A stretch of DNA of 64,000 nt from Octopus sinensis (GCF_006345805.1 NC_043001.1:35712001-35776000); one strand, 5' to 3'; positions 29,206 through 42,330 are shown, counted from the first letter of the stretch. Numbers and translations: made by a program. The notes: a model not told the origin generated them from the letters alone.

Positions 29206-29629
29206 GGCGCAGGAGTAGCTGTCTGGTAAGTAGCTGGCTTCGGGTTCAGTCCCTCTGCGTGGCACCTTGGGCAGGTGTTTTCTACTATAGCTTCGAGCCG
29301 ACCAAAGCCTTGCGAGTGGATTTGGTAGATGGAAACTGAAAGAAGCCCGTCGTGTGTGTGTATATACATATATGTATATATATGTATGTGTATATGTTTG
29401 TGTGTCTGTGTTTGCACCCCCCCACCAACATCGCTTGACAAACGATGCTGGTGTGTTTACGTCCCCGTAACTTAGTAGTTAGGCAAAACGGACCGAGAGA
29501 ATAAGTACTAAGTTTACAAAGAATAAGTCTTGGGGTCGACTTGCTCGACTAGAGGCGGTGCTCCAGCATGGCTGTCAAATGACTGAAACAAGTATAAGAG
29601 TAAAAGAGTAAATATATATACATATATAG

Positions 29630-29671
<42 letters not shown>

Positions 29672-29673
29672 AT

Positions 29674-29716
<43 letters not shown>

Positions 29717-30312
29717 ATATATGTAAAGTAATATGTGACAATTATTCGGTAGCCATGATAAGACTCCGAGTTTCGGATGTCGAGGTGGGAGGTGAAATCC
29801 ACGCCTCCGTCTCTTCAGTTATCCACCCATCGGAAAATATGCTATGAAAATGACCGTTAACCAAAGGGAAAACCTATATATATATAGGCGCAGGAGTAGC
29901 TGTCTGGTAAGTAGCTTGCTTACCAACCACATGGCTTCGGGTTCAGTCCCTCTGCGTGGCACCTTGGGCAGGTGTTTTCTACTATAGCTTCGAGCCGACC
30001 AAAGCCTTGCGAGTGGATTTGGTAGATGGAAACTGAAAGAAGCCCGTCGTGTGTGTGTATATACATATATGTATATATATGTATGTGTATATGTTTGTGT
30101 GTCTGTGTTTGCACCCCCCCCCCCACCAACATCGCTTGACAAACGATGCTGGTGTGTTTACGTCCCCGTAACTTAGTAGTTAGGCAAAACGGACCGAGAG
30201 AATAAGTACTAAGTTTACAAAGAATAAGTCTTGGGGTCGACTGCTCGACTAGAGGCGGTGCTCCAGCATGGCTGTCAAATGACTGAAACAAGTATAAGAG
30301 TAAAAGAGTAAA
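29206..30312 (+). mobile_element. Two SINE family A copies (29206-29610, 29887-30312) inside a tandem duplication
   Basis: Near-identical copies; copy A lacks 16 nt (TGCTTACCAACCACAT) of the head. Confidence 0.85.
29757..29823 (-). ncRNA. Type I hammerhead ribozyme motif, copy B (sense to PTK7 pre-mRNA)
   Basis: Same core, helix I and helix III as copy A; 6-nt insertion (GAGGTG on +) within helix II. Confidence 0.68.
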
Positions 30313-30328
30313 ATATATACATATATAG

Positions 30329-30361
<33 letters not shown>

Positions 30362-30398
30362 CATATAATTAAGGGCTAAAGAGGGTTATTCTAAAGCC

Positions 30399-30430
<32 letters not shown>

Positions 30431-30839
30431 GTGTGTGTGTGTGTATGTATATATATACATAATGTAGTGCTCCCGGCTCCATCTGAAATATGCATGCATG
30501 CATGCACATTTGCAAGTAATATCAATACTTGATTTTCTGTCGAAATATGTATAAATATACTTTAACATTAAACTGAAGGATTACTTAATGTCTTTTGCAG
30601 AGTACATCTTTAATAAAATTTCATACGGAAGAAGTTTTGGCTTGTCACCGCCATCAGGCTGCCTGATAAGGTTGTGTAGCCCTTTACATGAGGAAGGGGC
30701 GCTCATTCCGATGTAAATTATACATACATACATACATACATATATACATACATACATACATGCATGCATACATGCATGCATGCATACATGTCTGTATGTA
30801 TATAAACACTCACATTAACCAACTTATGAAATCATTTAC

Positions 30840-30991
30840 CTCGAATCTCGCTAAGTCCCACGTGTTCGCTTCACCATTTTTATCCCACCAGACGGACGGT
30901 TTGGGGTCACCAATCGCGACACAATGCAACATGACACGACGGCCCTCGTAGGCAGTGGTGTTTCTTGGTAGCACTTGAAATTTTGGTTTTT
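30840..30991 (-). CDS. PTK7: PTK7/otk-like coding exon: N-half of Ig7 (EKPKFQVLPRNTTAYEGRRVMLHCVAIGDPKPSVWWDKNGEANTWDLARFE)
   Basis: Within ORF 30810..31007; TTTTCAG acceptor, GAG|GTAAAT donor; 152 nt, phase 1 to 0; GDPKP motif as in PTK7 Ig7. Confidence 0.93.
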
Positions 30992-31021
30992 CTGAAAAGA
31001 TTAACAAATAAAAAGGGGAAT

Positions 31022-31059
<38 letters not shown>

Positions 31060-31204
31060 TTATTACAGTACCAAAATATTATTTTCCAGCGAAATAAATC
31101 ACCGTAAAAGTAGAATTATAAATAAAATAACTTTGTCACTGATGTCGGTTCTGCTTATGACTGGCTATTGATGGAGTGGATATTTTAAATTTAGTCTTTT
31201 CGGT

Positions 31205-31281
31205 GGACCTAGCTGACGAGGACCAATCAGTTTTACGATAACAAACATATTCTGAAAAGTCCGAAACTCGAGTACGAGGTT
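31205..31281 (+). ncRNA. Type I hammerhead ribozyme motif with palindromic helix III (antisense to PTK7)
   Basis: GGACCTAG-CTGACGA-GGAC[35 nt]GTCC-GAA-ACTCGAGT-A|CGAGGTT. Perfect 4-bp helix II, 8-nt palindromic helix III, GUA triplet, helix I 6 of 7 pairs. Confidence 0.72.
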
Positions 31282-32214
31282 GTCCATTTCTCTGGTGTTC
31301 TTCCTAGAGGTAGGACGAAAATCTTTTTTTATATTCAACAACACCTCTATACATTCAGTGAATCTTTACCTAGCGCCGAACGATTATTCTCCTTCCTCTC
31401 TTCATCGTCACCCCTCCCACGTAAGTGGTTTCAAATGACCTTCTTTATCGGCGCCCTAAAAATGAGAGCTAACGATCCTGCCATTTTCTTTTTATCGAAC
31501 AACAGACATGCGAGGATGCAGACTTTGTGACTCTAACAACTTCATGAAGTGAAAGTGCGGTGATATTTTTTTAACCTCAAGTTAAGCATTTTGAATACTT
31601 CTGATTAATTTGATTTAAGCAGTGATCATCGGGAAAAAAAAAAACGAAACTGAGTACGTTAACTTCTTGCTTTCGATTGTTCGTAAAGCGCCATATATTT
31701 ACTCTATAATAGGATCTTACATTAATGGCAGAATGGGACGTGATTTAAGATAAAATTTTAATGTAGCAAAGTTAGTATTTAATCTCCCTTGAGTTGATAG
31801 GACAAGTGCCCATTAAGATAATGTCACTTAACAGCATTTACGTTTATAACACACCCTTGAAGAATATATAACCTTCCTATCTTTAATTCCCCTCCTACCA
31901 TTAAATTTCTGAGTTTTTACAATAATTATCATTATCATTACCATTTTGTATCTCAAGATTTAATGTTTTACTGAAAGAGATGCCTTGTTACAACTATGGC
32001 ACCTAAGCTTTTGAATGTTTGCAATAAAACGTTCATGATTTCGGCTGCTTCTAAACAGTATGAGGGAAGTATTACAATCCTATGGCTGAAATTCTAAACT
32101 ATATTGTAATTTTTGCAAACCATTCAATAGCTCCAATTAATATAAAAGCACGAACGAAACAACATGAAAAAGAAGGAAAAAAAAGCAAAAATAGAAGCTT
32201 TTTATTAATTTTCA

Positions 32215-32396
32215 GGCGTAGGAGTGGCTGTGTGGTAAGTAACTTGCTTATGAACTATATGGTTCCGGGTTCAATCCCTCTGCCTGGCACCTTGGGCAAG
32301 TGTCTTCTACTAAAGCCTCGGGCCGATCAAAGCCTTGTGAGTGGATTTGGTAGACGGAACTGAAAGAAGCCCATCGTATATATGTAATATATATAT

Positions 32397-32477
<81 letters not shown>

Positions 32478-32496
32478 ATATATATATATATATATG

Positions 32497-32545
<49 letters not shown>

Positions 32546-32790
32546 GTGTGTATATATATACATGTATGTGTGTGTATATGTTTGTGTGTCTGTGTTTGTC
32601 CCCCATCATCACTTGACAACCAATGGTGGTGTGTTTACGTCCCCGTAACTTAGCGGTTCGGCAAAAGAGCCCGATAGAATAATTACTAGGCTTACTAAAA
32701 AGAATAAGTCCTTGAGTCGATTTGCTCGAATAACGGCGGTGCTCCAGCGTGGCCACAGTCAAATGGCTGAAACAAGTAAAAGAGTAAAGA
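32215..32790 (+). mobile_element. SINE family A copy with expanded internal (TA)n
   Basis: Head, CORE-like CCTTGGGCAAGTGTC and tail all present; ~200 bp TA-rich insert. Confidence 0.85.
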
Positions 32791-33414
32791 GATTCTGTAA
32801 GTCCCTTTTTATGCTATGATTTCTCCATGTTTTCTTTTTATATATTTCTCTATTTCAATATGGTGTCTCTCGAGGTATATGTACATATAATAATTTTGTT
32901 TGTTTCCCAACATGAGGAAATGTAGCTCCTTCTTTTTTTCGATTTTGTACATGTACATTAAATCCTGATTACACAGGATATTAAAATGACACAAGCACGC
33001 ATGTCTCTATTATCTGTAACACTTTACAACTTGTACATCCCATTTCTTCTCTTCATTTCGCTCGGTGCTTACTTTCCCAATGAACAACCGAAGCAATATC
33101 GCAACGAGACTATTCGTACTTGCTTTTCTTTCGATTTGTTATAGTTTGGAATATAATCTGAACTCTTCGTTGAATAGTCAATTGCATTAATTATGAAAAC
33201 TCTACTCTGCATTTTTTTTAAAGGGTTTATTTCTGCCTTTCATTGAACAAAGCTTACTTTCTTAGGTTTGGAACCGTTCGTTTTTAAGCAACGATCGCTA
33301 TTTATTCTGCAATATCCATGAGGCGTTTTGGATGCGAAACGTCGTAAGAAAATCAGTGCTGGCTATAATTTCTATAGGAAATATGTAGAGATAACCTTAA
33401 CAAGTGATATCCAT

Positions 33415-33510
33415 ATGCCCACGGGCATATGACGTAGTGGTTAAGAGCGCGGGCTACTAACCCCAAGATTCCGAGTTCGATTCCAGGCAGTGACCTGAAT
33501 AATAATAATT

Positions 33511-33544
<34 letters not shown>

Positions 33545-33690
33545 GCAACATCGAAAAATACCTTATGAATGAGAACCCAGGTTCAAAATTTCCCCAAGAC
33601 ACCTGATGAAGACTGGAGGGTATATCAGCCGAAACGTTGTGATAACAACAAACAAGATGAGGATAAATATCCGTCAATTGTAAATAATGT
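33415..33690 (+). mobile_element. tRNA-headed SINE with internal (AAT)n and a Penelope-like tail carrying a hammerhead-like core
   Basis: A box TGACGTAGTGG and B box GAGTTCGATTCC; CTGATGA(33603)...GAAACG(33631)...CGTC(33672); candidate 8-bp TSD ATATCCAT (33407, 33691). Confidence 0.7.
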
Positions 33691-34319
33691 ATATCCATTC
33701 TTATATATAACTGGGATATAACTGTAGATATAAATTTAACTAGCTGTCTTGTATTGTGCTGAATTTTTTGACCATTCTCCTTGACTTCAAATCTCTGACT
33801 GTGTGTTACTATGAGTATGAAAATATCAAGATTTTCAGTCATAACAATGTTGGTAATGGTGGATATTTTTGGGTTTTTTTTTTTTTAACAGTGGGTCCTG
33901 AAGTAATACCATACGGTGAAATGTGAAGGCGAGCAGAAAATAATAATGGCAGGAATCAAGATTCCTCGTTTGAGTTTTGCGTCTCACTGAATGCATTTAA
34001 CGTTCTTAACCAAACCAAAAACATTTACGTGATTTATGCCTAATTAAGAAATTATGCATAACGAATATAATTATAACGACTACCGCTAACATCTCTGCCG
34101 TCAACACCATCGTTGCCGTCTTTATCATCATCATCATCATTGTCATTTTATTCATCATCATCATCATCGTCATCATTGCGCTCGTCGTCGTCGACGACGA
34201 CGACATCTTGTCATTATCATTAATTAATCTTAAATTTTTTTAATTGTTATATCTGCAATACTTATATCATCACAGCCATTATACTCACTGCATGCTTTTA
34301 GCATCACCCTCACCTTCAC

Positions 34320-34442
34320 ACTCATTAACCACAACCACCACCACCACACCACCACCACCACCACCACCACCACCACCACCACACCACTACCACCACCACC
34401 ACCATCACTATCAACACCACCAACAGCGCCATCAACATCTGT

Positions 34443-34499
<57 letters not shown>

Positions 34500-34505
34500 G
34501 TTATT
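34320..34505. repeat. Adjacent (CAC)n and (TAT)n trinucleotide tracts; also (AAT)n ~27850, (TAC)n ~49905-49985, (ATT)n ~55980-56060
   Basis: Directly visible. Confidence 0.95.
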
Positions 34506-34884
34506 GTCGTCATAGTTACGATAATTTTCAATATTGTTCTTGTTGTTGTCGTCGTCGAGGGTGAGTTGAGGGAGTGTTAATAAACTATTTATTACGTTGC
34601 AGTCGATTCGAGGTTGTTGTACGCAACGCCTTCAGCAACGGGAAGTTTATTTAAGCTGTCTGACCCCACCTAATTAGATTAAATTGCAATATCTAAGCAG
34701 TCATGGCACGGATAAAGACTACTAATTTGTCATCAGCTAAAACTAAAGAATTCAGCTGGAAATAACAGATGTTAACTAACACTTCGTCTAAGCGTGAATA
34801 GGTCGTTTGATGGTGAAGTCGGAGAGGATTTATTTTTCCATAAATGTGCCTTTAATCACACATCTGTGTGTAGTGTGTATTTGC

Positions 34885-34966
<82 letters not shown>

Positions 34967-35816
34967 CATGTGTGTATATGCATTTCTAATGATGTATTTT
35001 TTAGTAGCTGATGTAGTAGAGACAGTGGAGATATGCTTGTATCTTATGTACACGTGTGTGCACGTGGATGCTAAAATTGTTTAGATACGAGTGTGTGTGT
35101 GTGTGTGTGTGTGCGTAATTGATCTCAGATCGAGTCAAGGATTTTGGAGAAAACACGAAAACAAACACGTAACCATGGAGAAAAGCAATAAGGAACATTA
35201 AAAAAAAATAATAAATTGATAACGATATAAAATACATTATTTCTATTGATTTCTGCAATATTGCATTTGTTCTTGAGTTTCTTATTCTTCATGTTGGTGG
35301 CATTCGAGAGTGGCAGAGATGGTGACTATAGCGATTGTGGTGGTGGTGGTGGTGGTGATAGAGATGTGCTGTTTTTGTGATGAACATGACAGAAAATGAA
35401 TAAAACCAACGTTCGTATTTACAGGGAGGTGTGGTTTTTATTCCACAACTGTCGAAGTTGGTTGGTTTCAAACATCATGCTGTCGAAAATTATTTCAGAA
35501 AATGAATAATAACATCTTTATTAGGAATTCCAAAATGCTCCCATGTGCTTTTGGTTTTCTAATGCTCTTCTCTCTCTTTTTCACTCTCTCTCTCTCTATG
35601 TATGTATATATATATATATATTATATTTTTTTTTTCTCTCCTTCTTTCTGTGTTTTTTTTTCTCTCTGTGTATCTTTCTGTTGAAGAGCGTAGGCTCGAA
35701 ACGTTAAAGACTTGTTTTATTTATATTTCCTGAGCGCCATACTAATACAATTGTTTGTTTGTTTTCCACCTGCCTTCGTCTTTTGTCTATTTTCATAAAG
35801 CTTCCCGTTATATATA

Positions 35817-35847
<31 letters not shown>

Positions 35848-36151
35848 ATATATATTATATATATATATATATATATATGTATATAACATATGCGCATACA
35901 TGCAGGCACACACACAGACATGTACGCACACTATGTAACGAAAGAGAGAGATGAGATGTGTGTGGTGTATCGGTTTGATATTATTTGTAAGAGCTGCGTC
36001 AAAAGATGAAGGTCATGCTGGGATACCTGCTCAAATGATTCTAATAAGTGTATATTGGCCCCAAATACTTAGTTCGAGCCTAATTTTATTAAATTAAGGG
36101 CCATTTATCAAGTTGAGGTGACCTCGCTTTTTAGGTTATTATATATATATA

Positions 36152-36193
<42 letters not shown>

Positions 36194-36440
36194 ATATATA
36201 TATATATATATGGATGTATGTGTTTGTGTGTGTATCTATATTTCTATCTGTCTCTTTCTCACTCACGTTCTGTGAGTGTGTGTGCATGTATATACACACA
36301 CATACATATATACACACACACACACACACATATATACACACACACTCATACACAACACACACAACCATATACACCACACACACTCATACACACACACACA
36401 CACTCATACACACACACACACACACACATATACATATATA

Positions 36441-36486
<46 letters not shown>

Positions 36487-37374
36487 TATGTATGTATGTT
36501 TATGTATATAACGTACAGCTGTGTATGAGTGTTAGAGTAATTTAGATGATTGTACTCATAAAAATCTTTATATTGCTCGTGTGTGCACTGGAATTTATAC
36601 ATAAATTTGGGTACAGAAATACGCACACTCCTACACATACATATACCCATACATACATACATACATCTATGCATACATACCTATATACGTACGATACATT
36701 AAATGTATACATAAAGCTTGGATTTTTACCCCGACGACTCTTTGGATTTGATGAACCTTTAATAGGAGCATGTGGTTCGCAAATGTTAAAGAAATGGTTA
36801 TGTCTTTTTGTTTTTTTAAGCTAATACCGTCTGAGTACAGTTTTGCATTTCAGTCAGAAGATTCCACACTACAATTTTATATTGCGTTATATCAGATATC
36901 TCTGAAAGAATCTAATATTTGTGCTTTTGATATCATTTCAACAACTGGGTTTTCTTTAACTAGAAACATATATAAAAGAATCTCTCGATATCCGTAGACT
37001 TTATCTTTAGTATATTCTGGTGTTGTGCGCTTTCTAACGTAGAGATATATTCTATAGAAGATAGCCGAGAAAACTACAACTAATTATAGCATTAACGAGT
37101 GAGAAGGGAGACCGGCAATATAGGCACTCCACCTCGTAGAAAAAGCAAACAGACTTCATTTAAATCCAACACTATCGTTTGAAAGTGGGAAGGGTATATT
37201 GTATATCGTTGTCCTGGATGCACACGAAATAACAAATTTACGTTATGGACAATCTTTGAAAGCTTTTCATCATAGATCATCTGTTTGATGAGGGCTGACT
37301 CGAAGCTAAACAACGTTGACAACAGGAGTTGAGGTAGGAAGGTGTTCTATTTCGTAGAATATTTTATCGATTCT

Positions 37375-37765
37375 GTCAGCTCGCTGCCTTAACTCTTTCT
37401 ATTCCAGCCACAAGGCTGATAGGACAGACAAAGGTATTAAGTCGATTACATCGACCCCAGTGCGTAACTGGTACTTAATTTATAGACCCCGAAATGATGA
37501 AAGGCAAGGTCGACCTCGGTGGAATTTGAACTCAGAACATAAAGACAGACAATATATCTATTTCTTTACTACCCACAAGGGGCTAAACACAGAGAGGACA
37601 AACAAGGATTATATCGACCCCAGTGCGTAACTGGTACTTAATTTATCGACCCCGAAAGGATAAAAGGCAAAGTCGACCTCGGCGGAATTTGAACTCAGAA
37701 CATAACGGCAGACTAAATACCGCTAAGCATTTCGCCCGGAGTGCTAACGATTCTGCCAGCTCGCT
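37375..37765 (-). mobile_element. SINE family B multimer (about 2 units)
   Basis: Same unit and same tail-to-body junction as the 42.5-43.4 kb array. Boundaries approximate. Confidence 0.8.
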
Positions 37766-38860
37766 GAGTTATAAATTATGATAATAAGGGTTTGTTTCTT
37801 TTGCTTTTTTTTTGTTTGTTTTGTTTGTTTCGCTAGAAAAAGCGATGAGTGTGGGATCTTGCTTTACAAGAACAGTGAAGGTTTCATCGGCAAATGCAGA
37901 AACATTAAATAGAATTCAGTGTGTGTGTGTGCTTGGTGTGATGTTTGGGTGTATTTGTGCTAAAAGTATGTATGTTCGTGTGTGAGTGTGCACGCATGCC
38001 TATGCTTGTGTGTCTGTGTGTGACAAAAAGTAGGAGACAACCAACTAAGGCCAATAAACTCCATAAATCACGGATTAACTCTGTGAGAAATAACACGGAC
38101 TTCCCTCATTCATTTGATATAGTAGAACTGATAGTAGCATTAGTATCTGTCATCATAAATAGAGACAGGATTTACGTATTGTTTTGGTATGGGTGGCGAT
38201 ACAATACTGCATATATTTCCGACTTTCCTAGTCGACTGACCGTCGTAATATGGCTGGTGTCACTAATTTCATTTTGAAATATATCAGGCATCTCTTTAAA
38301 AATTCAAATAAATTTTTAAATGAGAAATTGGTTAATTTTATATAGTATCAGTGGTATTCCGTTTTCGGTTCGATTTAATTAGAATCTGACTAAATAATTA
38401 TGATTCTTTGTACGTATTATTAATGGTCAATGTTAAAAATATATCTACTGGGGCGTTAATGTATAAAAAGGAAACATTCTATATTCAGGAGGTCCTCTTT
38501 GTGACGCGGAATGTTTTGACCAATCAAAATTTAGAAATTTTTGGTGATTTTAATGATTCAAAGCTGCGATTTTCATGTCATCCCAAACTTCTTTTAGAGT
38601 TCCCTCTTACATATAACCAGTTCGAATCACAGTGTCGATAAAAGAAAACGGTTAGCTCAAATAATTTGTCATTTATCTTTCTCCATGTGACATTCGTAAG
38701 AGGCGTAGGTTCGAACTGCCGTGAGTCAGTGGAGAAGAAACGTAGCTTAAATGATTTATATGATTTAATGTTATTAATAAAATTTAATTAAAACTTAAAT
38801 TGTACAGAAGTGATAAATCAAACCAAGGAAGAGATGCAGAAAAGTATAAATGTCTCTTAC

Positions 38861-39127
38861 CCACAACTTCTACTGTAATCGTGGCATTTATGATACCTTG
38901 GCGTTCACTAACGGCAATACAAGTGTAATACCCAGCATCAGACTTGCGCACACCGTGAAAGTAAAGAACTCCTTTGTCTTGGCTGACGTGTGTAGGGAAC
39001 TGTTCACGCCCATCCTTTAGCCATGTAATCGCTGGACGAGTTTCTGCCTCGGCTTTACATTCTATTGTGGATTCAAAGCTCAGTTCAAGTCTGTGATCTT
39101 CTGGTGCCGGGCTGAAACGTAATTTTT
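38861..39127 (-). CDS. PTK7: PTK7/otk-like coding exon: complete Ig6 (KKLRFSPAPEDHRLELSFESTIECKAEAETRPAITWLKDGREQFPTHVSQDKGVLYFHGVRKSDAGYYTCIAVSERQGIINATITVEVV)
   Basis: Within ORF 38784..39149; TTTTCAG acceptor, G|GTAAGA donor; 267 nt, phase 1-1. Resembles vertebrate PTK7 Ig6 as I recall it (EKLKFTPPP...DAGNYTCIA...QGQIRA). Confidence 0.93.
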
Positions 39128-39264
39128 CTGAAAAACAAAGTATAAGCATTTGGTTTTACTTTCTTTCGGATCATATAAAAATATTGTATACGAAACAACA
39201 GCTAAGCAATTAGTAATGGTAATTTATAAAATATTCCTATTTGAGCCATGAAGACTTCTATCTA

Positions 39265-39771
39265 TTGGGTTGTCCGGAAAGTTCGTGCCGATTAATAGTA
39301 GCTTGCCTTTCGACTTATTTTAGAACATGGTTGAGTCCATAAAATAGGATTTGAATACACCTCCATTTAGAGCACAGTTTAAGCTATCTTTTCGTGGAAG
39401 AAGATTTATGCCCCTGTAACCTGTGTTAATTCTATAATGCTTTGGGAACCAGACAAAAATTGCTGCAACTCAGCTGGGATGTGTTACCCCACCCTCCATA
39501 TTCACCAGATATTGCTCCTTTGGATTTCCACTTATTCAGGTCTCTGCAGAATAGACTTAATGGTAAAAATTTCAATTCCTTGGACCTCGATGAATTCCTT
39601 GCCATGAAACCTCCTCAGTTCTGGGAAGAGGGTATTTTCAAGTTAAAGGAAATATGGAGACGCATTGTGCAACCAAATGATTCACATTTGGTTGATTAAA
39701 ACTGTAATAGCAAGTATTTATTGACTTTTTCTTTCCTTTAAAAATCGGCACGAATTTTCCGGACAACCCAA
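39265..39771 (+). mobile_element. Internally deleted mariner (507 bp)
   Basis: TIRs TTGGGTTGTCCGGAAAGTTCGTGCCGATT / AATCGGCACGAATTTTCCGGACAACCCAA, TA at both ends; retains transposase C-terminus (HPPYSPDIAPLDFHLFRSLQ, ORF 39442). Confidence 0.9.
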
Positions 39772-40994
39772 TATATTTCTTTTTCTTGTAATGTTGACGA
39801 TGTTACCGGTAACCAAATGATATCAACCTTCACTTTCCATAACATTCATTTTACAGATATCATCCACTCACAAACAAGATTTCTCACACCAGACTTGCAC
39901 CATGCAAAAAAAAAAATATATACATAGTAAATATAGATAAACGGCATCTTATGAAATTCATGTCTTGAACTAAGATAATAACCACGTATGTGAAGTGAAC
40001 GCGAATGTAGGATGTTATAAGTGATATTCGGAAAGAAATGCATTGGGAATTCCAGAACGCTCTTCACTACAGCGGAGTATAAAGTCCAGTATGTAGTTAC
40101 ATTCATTGAGCTTCATAACAACTACAGTTGTATATTAACACAAGGTTTCGCGGGCAGGTTTGCTTTAAACAATAAATTTAAATAAGGAAGAATTGTGACT
40201 TCGTAAATTCGAAAAGCTATCAACTACAATAGAAATGTTTCGTGAAAGGAATTACTAAAAAAATGCAGGATTTCTCCAGTAACAGCTTGTTGCAAGATAA
40301 GTGGTCTTCCGGTGGAAGGCTTTGAATAAAGGAGCTGTGTTGAGAATTATGATAAGAATTCATTTCTTGCTAGGTTTAAGGAACTCATTCACGTACGGAC
40401 AGACAAAAGTCAGCCACACTAGGTTTCATTGTGTCCAAGAATATCTCAACTGGTAACAAAGCTTAAAAAGCAGACATGCTGAATGACATTTTGCTAGAAG
40501 AATTATATAATGTTCCAAAGAGAAATATTTGATCGGCAAGATCCCTCTCATTCGCTTTCTAGCTTCCATCTTTTTCCTTTTGTCTTCATGACACATACAA
40601 ATAACACACACAGAGAAACTGCTTCACTTCCACTCTCACCGTCTTTGTCCACACAAAGTGTGTGTGTGTGCGTGTATGTATATATATGTATATATATATA
40701 TATATATATCATATATATATACATATACATATATATAATATATATACATATATACATACACATATACATACATATATATATATATACACATATATATATA
40801 TACATATATATATATTATATATACATATATATATATAATATATACATACATATATATACATATATATATATACATATATACATATATATATATACATATA
40901 TATACATATAATATATATATATACATATATATACATATATATATATACATATATATATATACATACATATATATATACATACATATATACACAC

Positions 40995-41029
<35 letters not shown>

Positions 41030-41609
41030 CATACATATATGTACATATATACATATACATATATATATACATATATATACATACATATATATACATATAT
41101 GTACATACATATATATACATACATATATGTACATATATATATATATATACATACATATATATACATATACATACATATATGAACATATATATGCATATGT
41201 ACGTCTGTGCATGTGAGAAAGTCATTGTGATCTATCTTTTTAGGCACCACTTCCTATAAGAAAGACCAAGTTTGCTGAAAACAGAAAATAGTAAATCAAG
41301 GATTGGCATGCATTTCTGACACTCGGCCAAAATAAATATTCTAAACATAGCCTACAGACACCATCGCACTATATCCCTCTCTCCTTCTTCTCCCTCTTCT
41401 TCAGCCATCTCTATTTTATGTACTTCCTCCTTACATTTCTACCGTTTCACCTTAGTATAGGTGTACACTCACAAACACCTATATATATATAATCATACAC
41501 ATATATATATACATGCATATATGCGACTCACGTATATACAAGTATGTATGTATACATTATCTGGGCCAATATTGGCCGAAACTTATGAAAGTATATATAT
41601 ATATATATA

Positions 41610-41667
<58 letters not shown>

Positions 41668-42182
41668 AATATATGTATAAATATGTTTAAATATATGTAA
41701 ATATATACATATTAATACAAATATATATTCATTCATATATACATACATACATACACACATATACATACACATATATATTTACATACACACATATATCTTA
41801 GTATGTGAGCTACGTCTGTGTGTGTGTGTGTATTACCCGTGCATTCTAACAAAGAATATTTTTAGGCCATTCATGAAATGCCCATTAACATCCATGATTT
41901 TTCTTTTCTTGTTTGAGTGTCTAGCACAGGTATCTATACGAAGTGTCTACTTGTACACGCACACCAAGATATATACATATATATATGTACATAACAGAGG
42001 TTTATAAATAAGAATTGCAATTATAATAATAGATCTCGTGGAGCAAATGTTCATTGGAAACTAACAAAAATGCACCTAAAATCATCACTAAGAGGTGTAC
42101 ACTAGAGGATTTGTGAGTGCTTGCGTACCAGAGCACGCGCGTGCGAATTTATGAAAGACAATATGGAAAATCATCTACTTAC

Positions 42183-42330
42183 TTTTTACTGTGAGATATG
42201 CCCGACTGGAGACTACTAGAGGTTGACCTGTGGTATTTGCGACACAGGCATAGCTTCCGCTATCCTCTGCCTGAGCACTGGCGATGTATAGAGTTCCTAC
42301 TTTTTTGTTCACACGGAATCCAGGAGTTGT
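42183..42330 (-). CDS. PTK7: PTK7/otk-like coding exon: C-half of Ig5 (TTPGFRVNKKVGTLYIASAQAEDSGSYACVANTTGQPLVVSSRAYLTVK)
   Basis: TTGCAG acceptor, A|GTAAGT donor; GTL...DSGSYAC Ig motif; 148 nt, phase 0 to 1. Not in the ORF track. Confidence 0.92.

Noticed and set aside
30630-30665. Minus-strand CTGATGGC...GCCAAAAC motif (similar weak ones at ~9060-9100, ~17394, ~49645)
   Set aside because: Several core nucleotides are mutated and no helix I/III is visible.
33423-33495. tRNA-like sequences (also heads at 8481, 44676, 32218)
   Set aside because: A/B boxes are present but the acceptor stem does not pair, and each runs into a SINE body.
34244-34564. Poly-Thr/Pro/His/Tyr ORF
   Set aside because: Made of adjacent (CAC)n and (TAT)n tracts; no domain or splice support.
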